From assembly GCA_035549255.1 (NCBI GenBank), contig DASZRD010000009.1, positions 49,071 to 113,070 on the forward strand: a stretch of DNA of 64,000 bases, in the 5' to 3' direction. Shown here piece by piece: positions 28,204 to 36,901 of the stretch. The notes beneath the pieces were generated by a model. That model saw nothing but the letters and a program-made list of their open reading frames with translations. It was not told where the DNA came from and did no database searches. The translations under genes were made by a program, and so were the position numbers. This stretch comes from Minisyncoccota bacterium. Lineage in GTDB: Bacteria; Patescibacteriota; Minisyncoccia; Phycocordibacterales; SBAW01. Position 1 is the first letter of the stretch, and the number at the start of each line of letters is the position of its first letter.

Positions 28204-29220
28204 ATGGCAGTACGCGTAGCAATCAACGGCTTTGGGCGCATCGGGCGCGCATTCCTGCGCGCATCGTGGGGCGACCCGGATGTCGAGGTTGTCGCGGTCA
28301 ATGACTTGGGCGACATCGGCAACCTCGCGTACCTCCTCCAATACGACAGCGTGTACCGTACATTTAGCCAAAAAGTTTCGGTAGAGAATGGCCAGCTCGT
28401 CGTCGGTGGCAAGCAAATCCATGTCACAGCAGAGAAAGATCCGACCAAATTGCCATGGAGCTCGCTCAACATCGATGTCGCAGTCGAGTCGACCGGCGTA
28501 TTCGACAGCTACGAGAAGGCGAGCGCGCATCTCACTGCCGGCGCCAAGCACGTAGTTATCTCGGCGCCGGTCAAGGACGAGCTTGCGGGCGCCGGGACTG
28601 TGCTCATGGGCGTCAATGAGGAAAGATTGAGCGTCTGTCAGGTGACCTCCAACGCATCGTGCACGACCAACTCCGTCTCGCCCGTTATCGCGATCCTCGA
28701 CGAGAAGCTCGGCATCGAGAAGGCGCTTCTTAATACGACGCATGCCTACACTGCGACGCAGTCGATCGTCGACTCTCCGGTCAAGGGCAGCGATTACCGT
28801 CGCGGCCGGGCCGCGGCGCAGAACATGAGCCCATCCTCGACCGGCGCCGCAATCGCTGTCACCAAAGCGTACGAGCAGTTGACGGGAAAATTTGATGGCA
28901 TCTCGATCCGCGTGCCGGTTGTCGCAGGCTCGATCGCCGACGTTACCTTTATCGCCAAGCGCGACACGACTGCCGAGGAGGTGAACAAGATTTTGGAGGA
29001 CGCCGCCAAGGAAGAGCGCTGGCAGGGGATATTCGATGCCACGCACGAGCAGCTCGTCTCGGGCGACATTATCAGCAACCCGCACGCGAGCATTGCCGAC
29101 CTCGGCATGACGCGCGTTGTCGGCGGCAACCTGGTGAAGGTCCTCGCCTGGTACGACAACGAGTGGGGCTATACGCAGACGCTCGTCAGGCACGTCAAGA
29201 AAGCCGGCGGTAAAGCTTAA
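28204..29220 (+). CDS. gap: Glyceraldehyde-3-phosphate dehydrogenase
   Basis: It carries the INGFGRIGR NAD-binding motif and the active-site motif SNASCTTN, over 338 aa. Confidence 0.9.
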   Translation: MAVRVAINGFGRIGRAFLRASWGDPDVEVVAVNDLGDIGNLAYLLQYDSVYRTFSQKVSVENGQLVVGGKQIHVTAEKDPTKLPWSSLNIDVAVESTGVFDSYEKASAHLTAGAKHVVISAPVKDELAGAGTVLMGVNEERLSVCQVTSNASCTTNSVSPVIAILDEKLGIEKALLNTTHAYTATQSIVDSPVKGSDYRRGRAAAQNMSPSSTGAAIAVTKAYEQLTGKFDGISIRVPVVAGSIADVTFIAKRDTTAEEVNKILEDAAKEERWQGIFDATHEQLVSGDIISNPHASIADLGMTRVVGGNLVKVLAWYDNEWGYTQTLVRHVKKAGGKA

Positions 29221-29344
29221 AATAAGGCTCTTTCCGCTAGAAGTGGCTCATTGTACATTCATGAAAACCAGGCTATAGTACCTATTGTGCTTGTTGGGCC
29301 GTCAGGCCTATCGACCAATAAAGAGTGTCGAAAGCAGGCACGCC

Positions 29345-29374
29345 AAAAAACGCCACCTTCGGGTGGCGTTTTTT
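29345..29374. terminator. Bidirectional rho-independent terminator
   Basis: The sequence is AAAAAA-CGCCACC-ttcg-GGTGGCG-TTTTTT. It sits between convergent gap (+) and the 29379..29921 ORF (-). Confidence 0.75.
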
Positions 29375-29378
29375 GTGT

Positions 29379-29921
29379 CTAGTCGTCTGCCACGTTCCCT
29401 TTGCTGTTCCGCACGAGCTTTATATCCCTGTAGTAACGCGTGCTCCAAGCCGGTATCACGCTGAAGAATTGGAACCGTCCTTCGCCGATTTTTCTAACAA
29501 CTACTTTGATCCTGTATCCTTTCACTATTCCCACGAATCCTATGTCCCGGATGATGACATTCTCCCACCGAGGCTGTTTACGCACCCAGGTCTTTTTTCG
29601 GTCGTAGTATTCCTCGAACTCCTGCATGAAGGCGGTCTTCCCCAGAAGCTCGCGCGCCTTCTCTAGGAGTTCGAAACGCATGATCTGGACGCGCTTATTC
29701 CGCTCCTGTTTGGGTATGCGGTAGATAAGGTGATTGAATCCTTCCGAGCTGAAATGGACTTCCTTTCCATTCAGAGCCGGACATACAACCGGTCTAAAGG
29801 CCTTGTACAAAATCTCCGCCTCTGCCCGTATCTCATCATAACGAGCCAGCTTTTCGTCATTGACTTTATTCGTAGCGTGTTCCAATTCCAACGCTTGCTC
29901 CTCCTCATTCATCCCGGCCAT
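29379..29921 (-). CDS. Hypothetical protein (180 aa) in a lower-GC island
   Basis: The frame is intact, Lys/Glu/Arg-rich and uses AT-richer codons than its neighbours. I recognise no motifs in it. Confidence 0.5.
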   Translation of the reverse strand: MAGMNEEEQALELEHATNKVNDEKLARYDEIRAEAEILYKAFRPVVCPALNGKEVHFSSEGFNHLIYRIPKQERNKRVQIMRFELLEKARELLGKTAFMQEFEEYYDRKKTWVRKQPRWENVIIRDIGFVGIVKGYRIKVVVRKIGEGRFQFFSVIPAWSTRYYRDIKLVRNSKGNVADD

Positions 29922-29944
29922 TCTATACTTCGAGAGACGCTTTG

Positions 29945-29978
29945 CAAACGCAGTACTAAATACGCTCTATTGCGTTTG
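29945..29978. promoter_or_regulatory. Perfect 8-bp inverted repeat CAAACGCA-N18-TGCGTTTG in the divergent intergenic region
   Basis: Seen directly in the sequence. It is a candidate operator between the orphan ORF and rpiB. Confidence 0.3.
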
Positions 29979-30005
29979 AGAATGTAAGCGGGATAATAGA
30001 GAACA

Positions 30006-30449
30006 ATGGCAGCAAAGATTTTTTTAGCATCCGATCACGCGGGATACGAGATGAAAGAGGCGCTCAATGCCTTTCTCACCGAGCGCGGCTATGAGGTTGA
30101 GGATTTGGGCGCTTCGACGCTCGATCCCAATGACGATTACCCGGATTATCTCGGCTCATTGGGGAGAAATGTGGCTCAAAATAAGGGTTCTTTCGGTATC
30201 GGCATAGGGGGTAGTGGACAGGGCGAAGCGATGGCAGTCAATAGGACGCCAGGCGCGCGCGCGGCAGTCTATTATGGCGGACCGGAAGAGATCGTCACAC
30301 TCTCGCGCGAGCATAACGATGCGAATGTCCTCTCGCTCGGGGCGCGCTTTGTCTCGATCGAGGATGCCAAGAACGTCGTTGCCAAGTGGCTCTCAACGCC
30401 TTTTAGCAATGACGAGCGCCACGTCCGCCGCATCCAGAAACTCGGATGA
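30006..30449 (+). CDS. rpiB: Ribose-5-phosphate isomerase B
   Basis: It matches the RpiB/LacAB family (ASDHAGYEMK, GSGQGEAMAVNR, EHNDANVL), over 147 aa. Confidence 0.85.
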   Translation: MAAKIFLASDHAGYEMKEALNAFLTERGYEVEDLGASTLDPNDDYPDYLGSLGRNVAQNKGSFGIGIGGSGQGEAMAVNRTPGARAAVYYGGPEEIVTLSREHNDANVLSLGARFVSIEDAKNVVAKWLSTPFSNDERHVRRIQKLG

Positions 30450-31165
30450 TAGAAATTATTCCCGCGATACTCCGCAAATCTTTCAAAGACATCGAGCGCG
30501 ATCTTGAGCGCGTGCACGGTGCCGCCCACCGGGTGCAGATCGACGTTGTTGACGGACGCTTTGCGCATGGTACCACCTGGCCGTACCACGACCGCGAGTC
30601 GTTCGACAAAATCGTCGCTGAAGAGAACGGCCTCCCGCACTGGCAGGACTTCGACTTCGAGTTCGACCTCATGATCGAGGACCCGCATCTGCGCGTCATG
30701 GACTTCGTGCGCGCCGGCGCCTCGCGGGTTGTCATCCATGCCGACTCGCACGGCGCGGTCGAGGGGTTGCGCAAAGTCGCCGACCTGCGCGAGGACGACG
30801 GCCGTGGCGCGTTCTCCGTCTCGACGGGCCTCGCTCTCCTTCCAAACATGCAGCCGGACGTCTTGGATTCCTTCGACACGCTCTACGACTACGTGCAGGT
30901 GATGGGGATCGATCATGTCGGTAAGCAAGGCCAGCCGTTCGACGACCATGCGCTCGCGCTCATCGAGCGCCTGCGCCGCCGCTATCCCGACCTGCCGATA
31001 CAAGTCGACGGCGGTGTGAGTGCGGAGCACATTCCCGCGCTTGTGCGCGCGGGCGCAACGAGCCTTATCGTCGGCAGCGCCATATTCGGCGCGGATGACG
31101 CGATCGCCGCGTATAAAGCGTTGTATACTGAAGCCAATGCCCCTGGGAGAGGACAAGGTTCTTGA
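30446..31165 (+). CDS. rpe: Ribulose-phosphate 3-epimerase family protein
   Basis: It shows RPE-like motifs IDVVDGRF and DLMIEDP. An ATGA overlap joins it to rpiB. Confidence 0.65.
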   Translation: MIEIIPAILRKSFKDIERDLERVHGAAHRVQIDVVDGRFAHGTTWPYHDRESFDKIVAEENGLPHWQDFDFEFDLMIEDPHLRVMDFVRAGASRVVIHADSHGAVEGLRKVADLREDDGRGAFSVSTGLALLPNMQPDVLDSFDTLYDYVQVMGIDHVGKQGQPFDDHALALIERLRRRYPDLPIQVDGGVSAEHIPALVRAGATSLIVGSAIFGADDAIAAYKALYTEANAPGRGQGS

Positions 31166-31994
31166 AATCCAGAACAAAGCCCGCGCGATCCGCGAGACGA
31201 TTATCGAGATGCTCGTCGCGGCAGGCTCCGGCCACACCGCGGGGCCGCTTGGCATGGCGGACATCTTCGCGACATTCTACTTTCATATCCTCAATCATGA
31301 GCCGCACAATCCCGAGTGGGAGGAGCGCGACCGCCTGATCCTCAGCAACGGCCACATCGTGCCGGTGCGCTACGCCGCGATGGCGCACGCCGGCTACTTC
31401 CCGGTTGCGGAATGCCTCACGCTGCGCAAATTCGGCTCGAGGCTGCAAGGCCATCCCGAGCGCACCAAGTTGCCAGGCCTTGAGACGACGTCGGGGCCGC
31501 TTGGCAGCGGCTTGGGGCAAGCGGCGGGCATCGCCTACGGCGCGCGCATGGACCGCAAGCGCTTCCGCACCTATGTGGTCATGTCCGATGGCGAGCAGGA
31601 TGCGGGCAACACCTGGGAGGCGGCGATGTTCGCCGGCAATAACAAACTGCATAATCTCACGGCGGTCATTGACCGCAATAATATCCAGATCAACGGCATG
31701 ACCGAGCAAGTTATGCCGCTGGAGAACTTGCGCGGCAAATACGAGGCGTTCAATTGGCACGTGCTCGAGGTCGACGGCCATAACATCAAGCAGTTCTGCG
31801 ACGCGATTGAAGAAGCGAAGGCGATCTATGAAAAGCCGACGGTGATTATCGCGCACACGATCCCCGGCAAAGGCATCAAAGAGATAGAATTCGACTACAC
31901 CTGGCACGGCAAACCGCCGACCAAGGAAGAAGCCAAGAAATTCTTGCATGAATTGCGCACGCTGGGCGGCAAAGTAAAGAGCGAACATCAATAG
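31137..31994 (+). CDS. Transketolase, N-terminal (TPP-binding) subunit
   Basis: The start is placed at MPLGEDKV.., which is internal to the track ORF at 31020. It has the GSGHTAGPLGMADI motif and the gene is split. Confidence 0.8.
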   Translation: MPLGEDKVLEIQNKARAIRETIIEMLVAAGSGHTAGPLGMADIFATFYFHILNHEPHNPEWEERDRLILSNGHIVPVRYAAMAHAGYFPVAECLTLRKFGSRLQGHPERTKLPGLETTSGPLGSGLGQAAGIAYGARMDRKRFRTYVVMSDGEQDAGNTWEAAMFAGNNKLHNLTAVIDRNNIQINGMTEQVMPLENLRGKYEAFNWHVLEVDGHNIKQFCDAIEEAKAIYEKPTVIIAHTIPGKGIKEIEFDYTWHGKPPTKEEAKKFLHELRTLGGKVKSEHQ

Positions 31995-31996
31995 GC

Positions 31997-32998
31997 ATGC
32001 TGAACTCTGATCTTAAACTCGCGAAGAATATTTTTGATACTCCGGACATGGCGCCGACGCGTGACGGGTTTGGCACTGGTTTAGTGGAAGCAGGCGAGAA
32101 GGACTCTCGCGTGGTCGCGGTATGCGCTGACCTGGCAGAAAGTACGCGCATCTTGGCATTTAAGGAGAAGTTTCCCGATCGTTATATCGAGGCAGGCGTC
32201 GCGGAGCAAAATCTGGCGACCGTCGCATCCGGCCTCGCCAACTACGGCAAGATCCCGTTCATTGCCTCCTACGCGACCTTCAGTCCCGGCCGCAACAACG
32301 AGCAGATCCGCACGACGGTCTCTATTAATAATGTGCCGGTCAAGATCGTCGGCTCCCATGCGGGCGTTTCGGTCGGCCCCGACGGCGCGACGCACCAGGC
32401 GCTCGAGGATATCGCACTCATGCGCGTGCAGCCTCGTATGACCGTGCTTTACCCCTGCGATCGCGAGCAGGCGCGCAAGGCGACGCTCGCCGCGGCCGAG
32501 CATCAGGGGCCAGTGTATCTGCGCCTCGCGCGCGAGAAGACGCCGATCATGACGACTGCGCAGACGTCGTTTGAATTCGGCAAAGCCCAGCTCATGTGGC
32601 AGCCCAAGGACCGACGCAAGAAGCCCGATGTTGTTGTCTTTGCGACCGGGCCGCTCCTTTATAATGCACTCATCGCGGCGCGAGACCTCGAGGAGAAGCT
32701 TGCGGTCGTAGTTATCAATATCCACACGATCAAGCCGCTTGATGCGGCAACGGTCGTCCAGTGGGCCAAGAAGGCCGGCGCCGTCGTGACGGTAGAAGAG
32801 CATCAGGTTGCCGGCGGCCTCGGCGGCGCTATTGCGGAGGTGCTTGCATCACAAGCGCCGGTGCCGGTCGAATTTATCGGCGTGCACGACCAGTTCGGCC
32901 AGTCGGGAGAGCCCGCGGAACTTATCGCGCACTATCATATGGATGCGCCAAGCATCATCGATGCTATTACCAAGGTAAAGGCTCGCAAGGCAAAATAG
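31997..32998 (+). CDS. Transketolase, C-terminal (pyrimidine-binding) subunit
   Basis: It shows transketolase central and C-terminal domain similarity and starts 3 nt after the N-terminal subunit. Confidence 0.8.
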   Translation: MLNSDLKLAKNIFDTPDMAPTRDGFGTGLVEAGEKDSRVVAVCADLAESTRILAFKEKFPDRYIEAGVAEQNLATVASGLANYGKIPFIASYATFSPGRNNEQIRTTVSINNVPVKIVGSHAGVSVGPDGATHQALEDIALMRVQPRMTVLYPCDREQARKATLAAAEHQGPVYLRLAREKTPIMTTAQTSFEFGKAQLMWQPKDRRKKPDVVVFATGPLLYNALIAARDLEEKLAVVVINIHTIKPLDAATVVQWAKKAGAVVTVEEHQVAGGLGGAIAEVLASQAPVPVEFIGVHDQFGQSGEPAELIAHYHMDAPSIIDAITKVKARKAK

Positions 32999-33002
32999 TT
33001 GT

Positions 33003-33194
33003 ATGTTCAATGACTTCAAGCGCTCGCGCGGCAGCATCTGGAAGTCAAGCGTCAATTCGTTTATCGGCAGTGTATTCCTGGGCGTATGCGCGCTGTGGGC
33101 GATAATCGTCATTTGCCAGGCCTCATGGGGCGTCAATCCAGTCGCGCAGGCTTTTACCAACGCCGTTGCAATGGAGACGCAGGTGTCTAATTAA
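33003..33194 (+). CDS. Possible small membrane protein (63 aa)
   Basis: It is a single-TM ORF starting 5 nt after the transketolase stop. Its GC3 is host-like. This is a weak call. Confidence 0.25.
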   Translation: MFNDFKRSRGSIWKSSVNSFIGSVFLGVCALWAIIVICQASWGVNPVAQAFTNAVAMETQVSN

Positions 33195-33203
33195 TAGAGG
33201 AAG

Positions 33204-33242
33204 AAAAAGCCCCCGCCGCGCGTTACTACGCGCGGCGGGGGC
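33204..33242 (-). terminator. Rho-independent terminator downstream of gmk
   Basis: A 14-bp perfect stem GCCCCCGCCGCGCG / CGCGCGGCGGGGGC with loop ttacta is followed by a T5 tract on the minus strand. Confidence 0.8.
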
Positions 33243-33249
33243 CGCGAAC

Positions 33250-33813
33250 TCACATTCTCCATAGGTTGATCGCGGTTTCCGTAATTTCCTCAGGAGTAGA
33301 CCGCAGAGCGTCGATCTTGCGAAAATGATCGTCCTTCTTCGCTTCCTTATTCCATTCGCGACCCTCGATCAGCCGCTCCTCGATCTCCGATGGCGACAGG
33401 CCGCCGCGCGCTTTCATGCGACGGCGAAGCTCCGTCTCGTCGTCGATATACAGGTACAAGGAGCGCGTCAGCCCTAATTTGCGGTGCCTCATGACGTACC
33501 GATGCAGCTTTTGGGCCGCATCGATCGTGATGATGGCGACGTTGAACCCGGCTGAGAGCGCGTCATCTACCGCTTTCTTGCGCGTGCCGTAGCGGTAAGC
33601 GCCGATCTTCACGTGCCAGAGCAGCTCGCAGTTGTTGCCGATTTCCCGGAATTTGTTCTCCGAGACATGCGCGTATTCGCCCGGTTGGTCGGTTGCCCTC
33701 GGCGGCCGCGTCGTGATGCTTTCGAGCGGTTGCAGGCCGGGGATTATTTCGCTCAGATGTCCGAGAAGCGTCGTCTTGCCGCTGCCGGACGGGCCGCAAA
33801 TAACGAGAATCAT
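33250..33813 (-). CDS. gmk: Guanylate kinase
   Basis: It has the P-loop ICGPSGSGKTT. The start at MILVICG is preceded by GGAGGGACCT, and the longer track ORF carries an Arg-rich extension, so I trimmed it. Confidence 0.8.
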   Translation of the reverse strand: MILVICGPSGSGKTTLLGHLSEIIPGLQPLESITTRPPRATDQPGEYAHVSENKFREIGNNCELLWHVKIGAYRYGTRKKAVDDALSAGFNVAIITIDAAQKLHRYVMRHRKLGLTRSLYLYIDDETELRRRMKARGGLSPSEIEERLIEGREWNKEAKKDDHFRKIDALRSTPEEITETAINLWRM

Positions 33814-33878
33814 AGGTCCCTCCAAAGGTCGGTATCCAGCCGGAGTATAGGAGATTTCTGACCTTGCGGCAACGCTCC

Positions 33879-34880
33879 TTAGAGCGCTTCTATCTTGAAA
33901 GCTGCTGCCGGCTTGGCGAGATGCTGCTCGAGCTCTTCGCGCTTGAGGAGGCCCTTCTGCGCGCCGATGTCCTGAAGCACCGATGATGCGTTGGTAGCGC
34001 CCCACTGCACGGCTTCCTCGAGCGGCTTGCCAAGCTCGAGCGCCGCGACCGTGGTCGAGGCGAGCGCGTCGCCGGCACCGGTGATCTCATAAGGCGGCTT
34101 AGGGTCGGGGTAGCGCGGGCAGTGGAACATCGTCACGCCATCCTCTTTGATTCCGTACGAGCCCCGCGCGTCGTCGGTAATGACGGCGATTTTCGGTCCG
34201 AGCGCCCTCATACCCTTGAGGAGATCTTTCATGTCGCTGCCGGCGGGTAAGCCAAGAATGGTCTCCGCCTCTTCCTTGTTGCAGAAGAATATATTCGTGC
34301 GCGCATAGACGTCGCGCAGCGCCTCGACACCGAGCTTGATCTGGAAGGTGCCGGGCTGGAAGGCGAGCTTCGTATCGGGAAATTCCTTGAGCTTCTCCAT
34401 CCACGCGTGATGATAGGGGACAGAATTTTCTCCAAGCGATGAAAGGTACACCCACTTGGGCCCTATAGTCATCTGCGGCACGGTGTAGTCGAACTGCTCG
34501 TGCTTGACCAATATCGTGCGCTGGCTCTCGAACCACAGCACGTAATGATAGTTGGTGTGCTTGCCCGGCACCTTCTCTATATAGTCGAGCGCCACGTTGT
34601 CGATCTGGAGCGAAGCGAAGCACTGCGTCGCATACATGTCGTCGCCGACATACGCGCGCAAGGCAGATTTGAGCCCAAGCCGTGCCGCAGAGACCGCTGC
34701 GTTGGCGGAGTTGCCCACGGCGGGCACCACTTCGGCGAATTCATAGGGGATCTTGTCGCCCCAGCGCATGCAGATCTCGCACTCCTCGTTGTTGAGTTTG
34801 CAATGCACGGAGGCGTCATGGAGGCGGATAAACGCATCAATAACAATATCGCCAATGGCGAGAAAATCGAGCTGTTCCAT
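33879..34880 (-). CDS. PfkB-family carbohydrate/nucleoside kinase (ribokinase-like)
   Basis: It has the ITGAGDA anion-hole motif and a ribokinase-like fold signature, over 333 aa. Confidence 0.7.
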   Translation of the reverse strand: MEQLDFLAIGDIVIDAFIRLHDASVHCKLNNEECEICMRWGDKIPYEFAEVVPAVGNSANAAVSAARLGLKSALRAYVGDDMYATQCFASLQIDNVALDYIEKVPGKHTNYHYVLWFESQRTILVKHEQFDYTVPQMTIGPKWVYLSSLGENSVPYHHAWMEKLKEFPDTKLAFQPGTFQIKLGVEALRDVYARTNIFFCNKEEAETILGLPAGSDMKDLLKGMRALGPKIAVITDDARGSYGIKEDGVTMFHCPRYPDPKPPYEITGAGDALASTTVAALELGKPLEEAVQWGATNASSVLQDIGAQKGLLKREELEQHLAKPAAAFKIEAL

Positions 34881-34925
34881 ATATTTTCAGTATACTATGC
34901 GTATACAGGTGTTACACTGGTGAGT

Positions 34926-35795
34926 ATGGATATCCCAATGAAAAATCTCCGCGCGACCATTGCTGACTTTAAGGCAGCAGGGAAGGCTATCGGGCATTTT
35001 AATTTCTCCGACTCCAACCAGCTGCGCGCTATCGCGCTCGCGGCGAAAGAGGTAAATGTGCCAGTTATTGCAGGGTTGTCGGAAGGCGAGCGGGAATTTT
35101 TCCCGATCACGCATGCGCGGGCGCTCGTCGACCGCTACCGCATCGAGGGCGTCAATATGTTCCTTAATGCCGATCATACGTATAGTGCTGAGAAGGTCCA
35201 CAAGGCGATATCGGAAGGCGTCGACTCGGTCGTCGTCGACGGCGCGGCGCTCCCGTTCGATGAGAATGTCGCGATGCTCAAGGAGTGCGTCGACTATGCG
35301 CGCAAGGGAGGCCGCGATATCATTATCGAAGGCGAGCTCGGCTATATCGGCCAGTCTTCCAAACAGCTGGATGCTTTGCCGGAAGGCGTCTCGATCGAGA
35401 ATCTTACGACCGTCGAAGACGCGAAGAAGTTCCTTGCCGGTACCGGCATCGATGCCTTCGCGCCGGCTGTGGGCAACGTCCATGGGATGCTTAAGTCCGC
35501 TCAAGAGCCGCGGCTTCACCCCGACCGGGTAAAAGAGATCGCCGACGCGCTCCAAATCCCGCTTGTGCTCCATGGCGCATCGGGCAACACTGAAGAAGAT
35601 ATCGCCGCGTGCATCAAGGCGGGCGTCACGATCGTGCACATCAATACCGAATTGCGCCTCACGTACCGCGACAGCCTCAAAAAATCGCTCGAAGCTAATC
35701 CCGACGAAACGACGCCGTACAAATTCTTGACACCCGCCGTCGACGCGATGCAGCAGTTCCTCATGGAGAAAATGCGCCTCTTCGCCTCGGCCTAG
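34926..35795 (+). CDS. fba: Class II fructose-bisphosphate aldolase family protein
   Basis: Motifs HFNFSD, LVLHGASG and the Zn-binding His pattern are present. The start is placed at MDIPMKNL and the upstream part of the track ORF is rejected. Confidence 0.8.
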   Translation: MDIPMKNLRATIADFKAAGKAIGHFNFSDSNQLRAIALAAKEVNVPVIAGLSEGEREFFPITHARALVDRYRIEGVNMFLNADHTYSAEKVHKAISEGVDSVVVDGAALPFDENVAMLKECVDYARKGGRDIIIEGELGYIGQSSKQLDALPEGVSIENLTTVEDAKKFLAGTGIDAFAPAVGNVHGMLKSAQEPRLHPDRVKEIADALQIPLVLHGASGNTEEDIAACIKAGVTIVHINTELRLTYRDSLKKSLEANPDETTPYKFLTPAVDAMQQFLMEKMRLFASA

Positions 35796-35836
35796 CGGTT
35801 GCCAAAAACCAGTATATCTGCTAAATTATTCGGGCA

Positions 35837-36496
35837 ATGCAGCTTACTGTCGAAAAGCGCGATACGAAACAGAGTCCCAAGTCCTTGCGCGGCAAGGGTT
35901 TACTGCCTGCGGTCGTCTACGGCCGTTCCGAGGAGTCGACCCCTATCACCGTCGACCGCAAGGCCTTCGACAAGGTCTTCCATCAAGCGGGGGAGTCGAG
36001 CGTCATTACCCTTGCCGGCCTCGGCGAGGAGAAGGATGCGCTCATCCACGAGGTTGAATTCGACGCCGTGACCGGCGTACCGGTCCACGCCGATTTTTAC
36101 GCGATCGAGAAGGGTCAGACTGTTACGGTGTCGATCCCGCTCGAGTTCGTCGGCGAGTCTCCGGCCGTGAAGGACCTTGGCGGCATCTTGGTGAAGGTCA
36201 TCCACGAACTGGAGATCGAGTGCCAGCCCAAGGACCTCCCGCACGCGATCAATGTCGATATCTCCGCTCTCGCGACCCTCGAGGACCAGATCCACGTCAA
36301 GGACCTCAAGGGCATCCCGTCTTCGGCCACCATCACGTTGGACCCGGAGGAGGTCGTAGCGATGGTATCGGTCGCTGTCGAAGAGCCGGTGGAGGAAGCC
36401 CCGGCCGACCTCTCCTCGATCGAGATCTCCGAAGAGCGCGGCAAGAAGGAGGAAGAGGGCGCCGAGGGAGCCGCTCCTGCAGAAACCAAAGAATAA
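35837..36496 (+). CDS. rplY: 50S ribosomal protein L25 / general stress protein Ctc
   Basis: The N-terminus MQLTVEKR..SPKSLRGKGLLPAVVYG is followed by an acidic C-terminal tail. Confidence 0.8.
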   Translation: MQLTVEKRDTKQSPKSLRGKGLLPAVVYGRSEESTPITVDRKAFDKVFHQAGESSVITLAGLGEEKDALIHEVEFDAVTGVPVHADFYAIEKGQTVTVSIPLEFVGESPAVKDLGGILVKVIHELEIECQPKDLPHAINVDISALATLEDQIHVKDLKGIPSSATITLDPEEVVAMVSVAVEEPVEEAPADLSSIEISEERGKKEEEGAEGAAPAETKE

Positions 36497-36498
36497 AA

Positions 36499-36523
36499 GA
36501 ACCCGGGGTAACCCGGGTTTTAT
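36499..36523 (+). terminator. Rho-independent terminator after rplY
   Basis: ACCCGGG-gtaa-CCCGGGT is followed by TTTT. Confidence 0.7.
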
Positions 36524-36544
36524 CGTCCGAGTTACAATACTCAT

Positions 36545-36856
36545 ATGATAAAGAAACCTTTCTATAATGCCGTGCTCGCCGCGGGATATATCGTCGGGCT
36601 CGTGTATTTTATTTTTACTTTCATTGCGCAGCCCAATACGCCGGACAGCGAATCGTCGCTCCTGGTGCCGATTGCGATGCTCTCCCTCTTCGTGCTCTCG
36701 GCGGCAGTCATGAGCTACCTCTTCCTCTATGAACCGCTCATGCTCTACTTTGAGGGCAAGAAGCAGGAAGCCGTGCGGTTTTTCCTTCAGACGACCGGCA
36801 TCTTCGCGCTCATTACGTGCGCATACTTCGTGCTGCTCATCGTCATGGGAAGGTAA
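36545..36856 (+). CDS. Small polytopic membrane protein (103 aa)
   Basis: It has three hydrophobic helices. I recognise no motifs in it. Confidence 0.5.
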   Translation: MIKKPFYNAVLAAGYIVGLVYFIFTFIAQPNTPDSESSLLVPIAMLSLFVLSAAVMSYLFLYEPLMLYFEGKKQEAVRFFLQTTGIFALITCAYFVLLIVMGR

Positions 36857-36901
36857 CCGGTAAGCACTACCGGGGCCACTCCGTCTGATATACTCGTATA
36901 T

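Noticed and set aside
31020-31136. An upstream start (31020) for the transketolase N-terminal subunit
   Set aside because: The extension lies in another frame over rpe and is Arg/Ser-rich. The conserved transketolase N-terminus begins at MPLGEDKV (31137).
33814-34005. A 64-aa N-terminal extension of gmk (track start 34005)
   Set aside because: The extension is Arg/Ala-rich and overlaps the PfkB kinase 3' end. A strong GGAGG RBS precedes the internal ATG at 33813, and the P-loop begins right after it.
34500-34925. A 142-aa N-terminal extension of the aldolase ORF (track start 34500)
   Set aside because: The extension is antisense to the PfkB kinase gene, is Arg/His-rich and lacks aldolase homology. 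The true start is at MDIPMKNL (34926).
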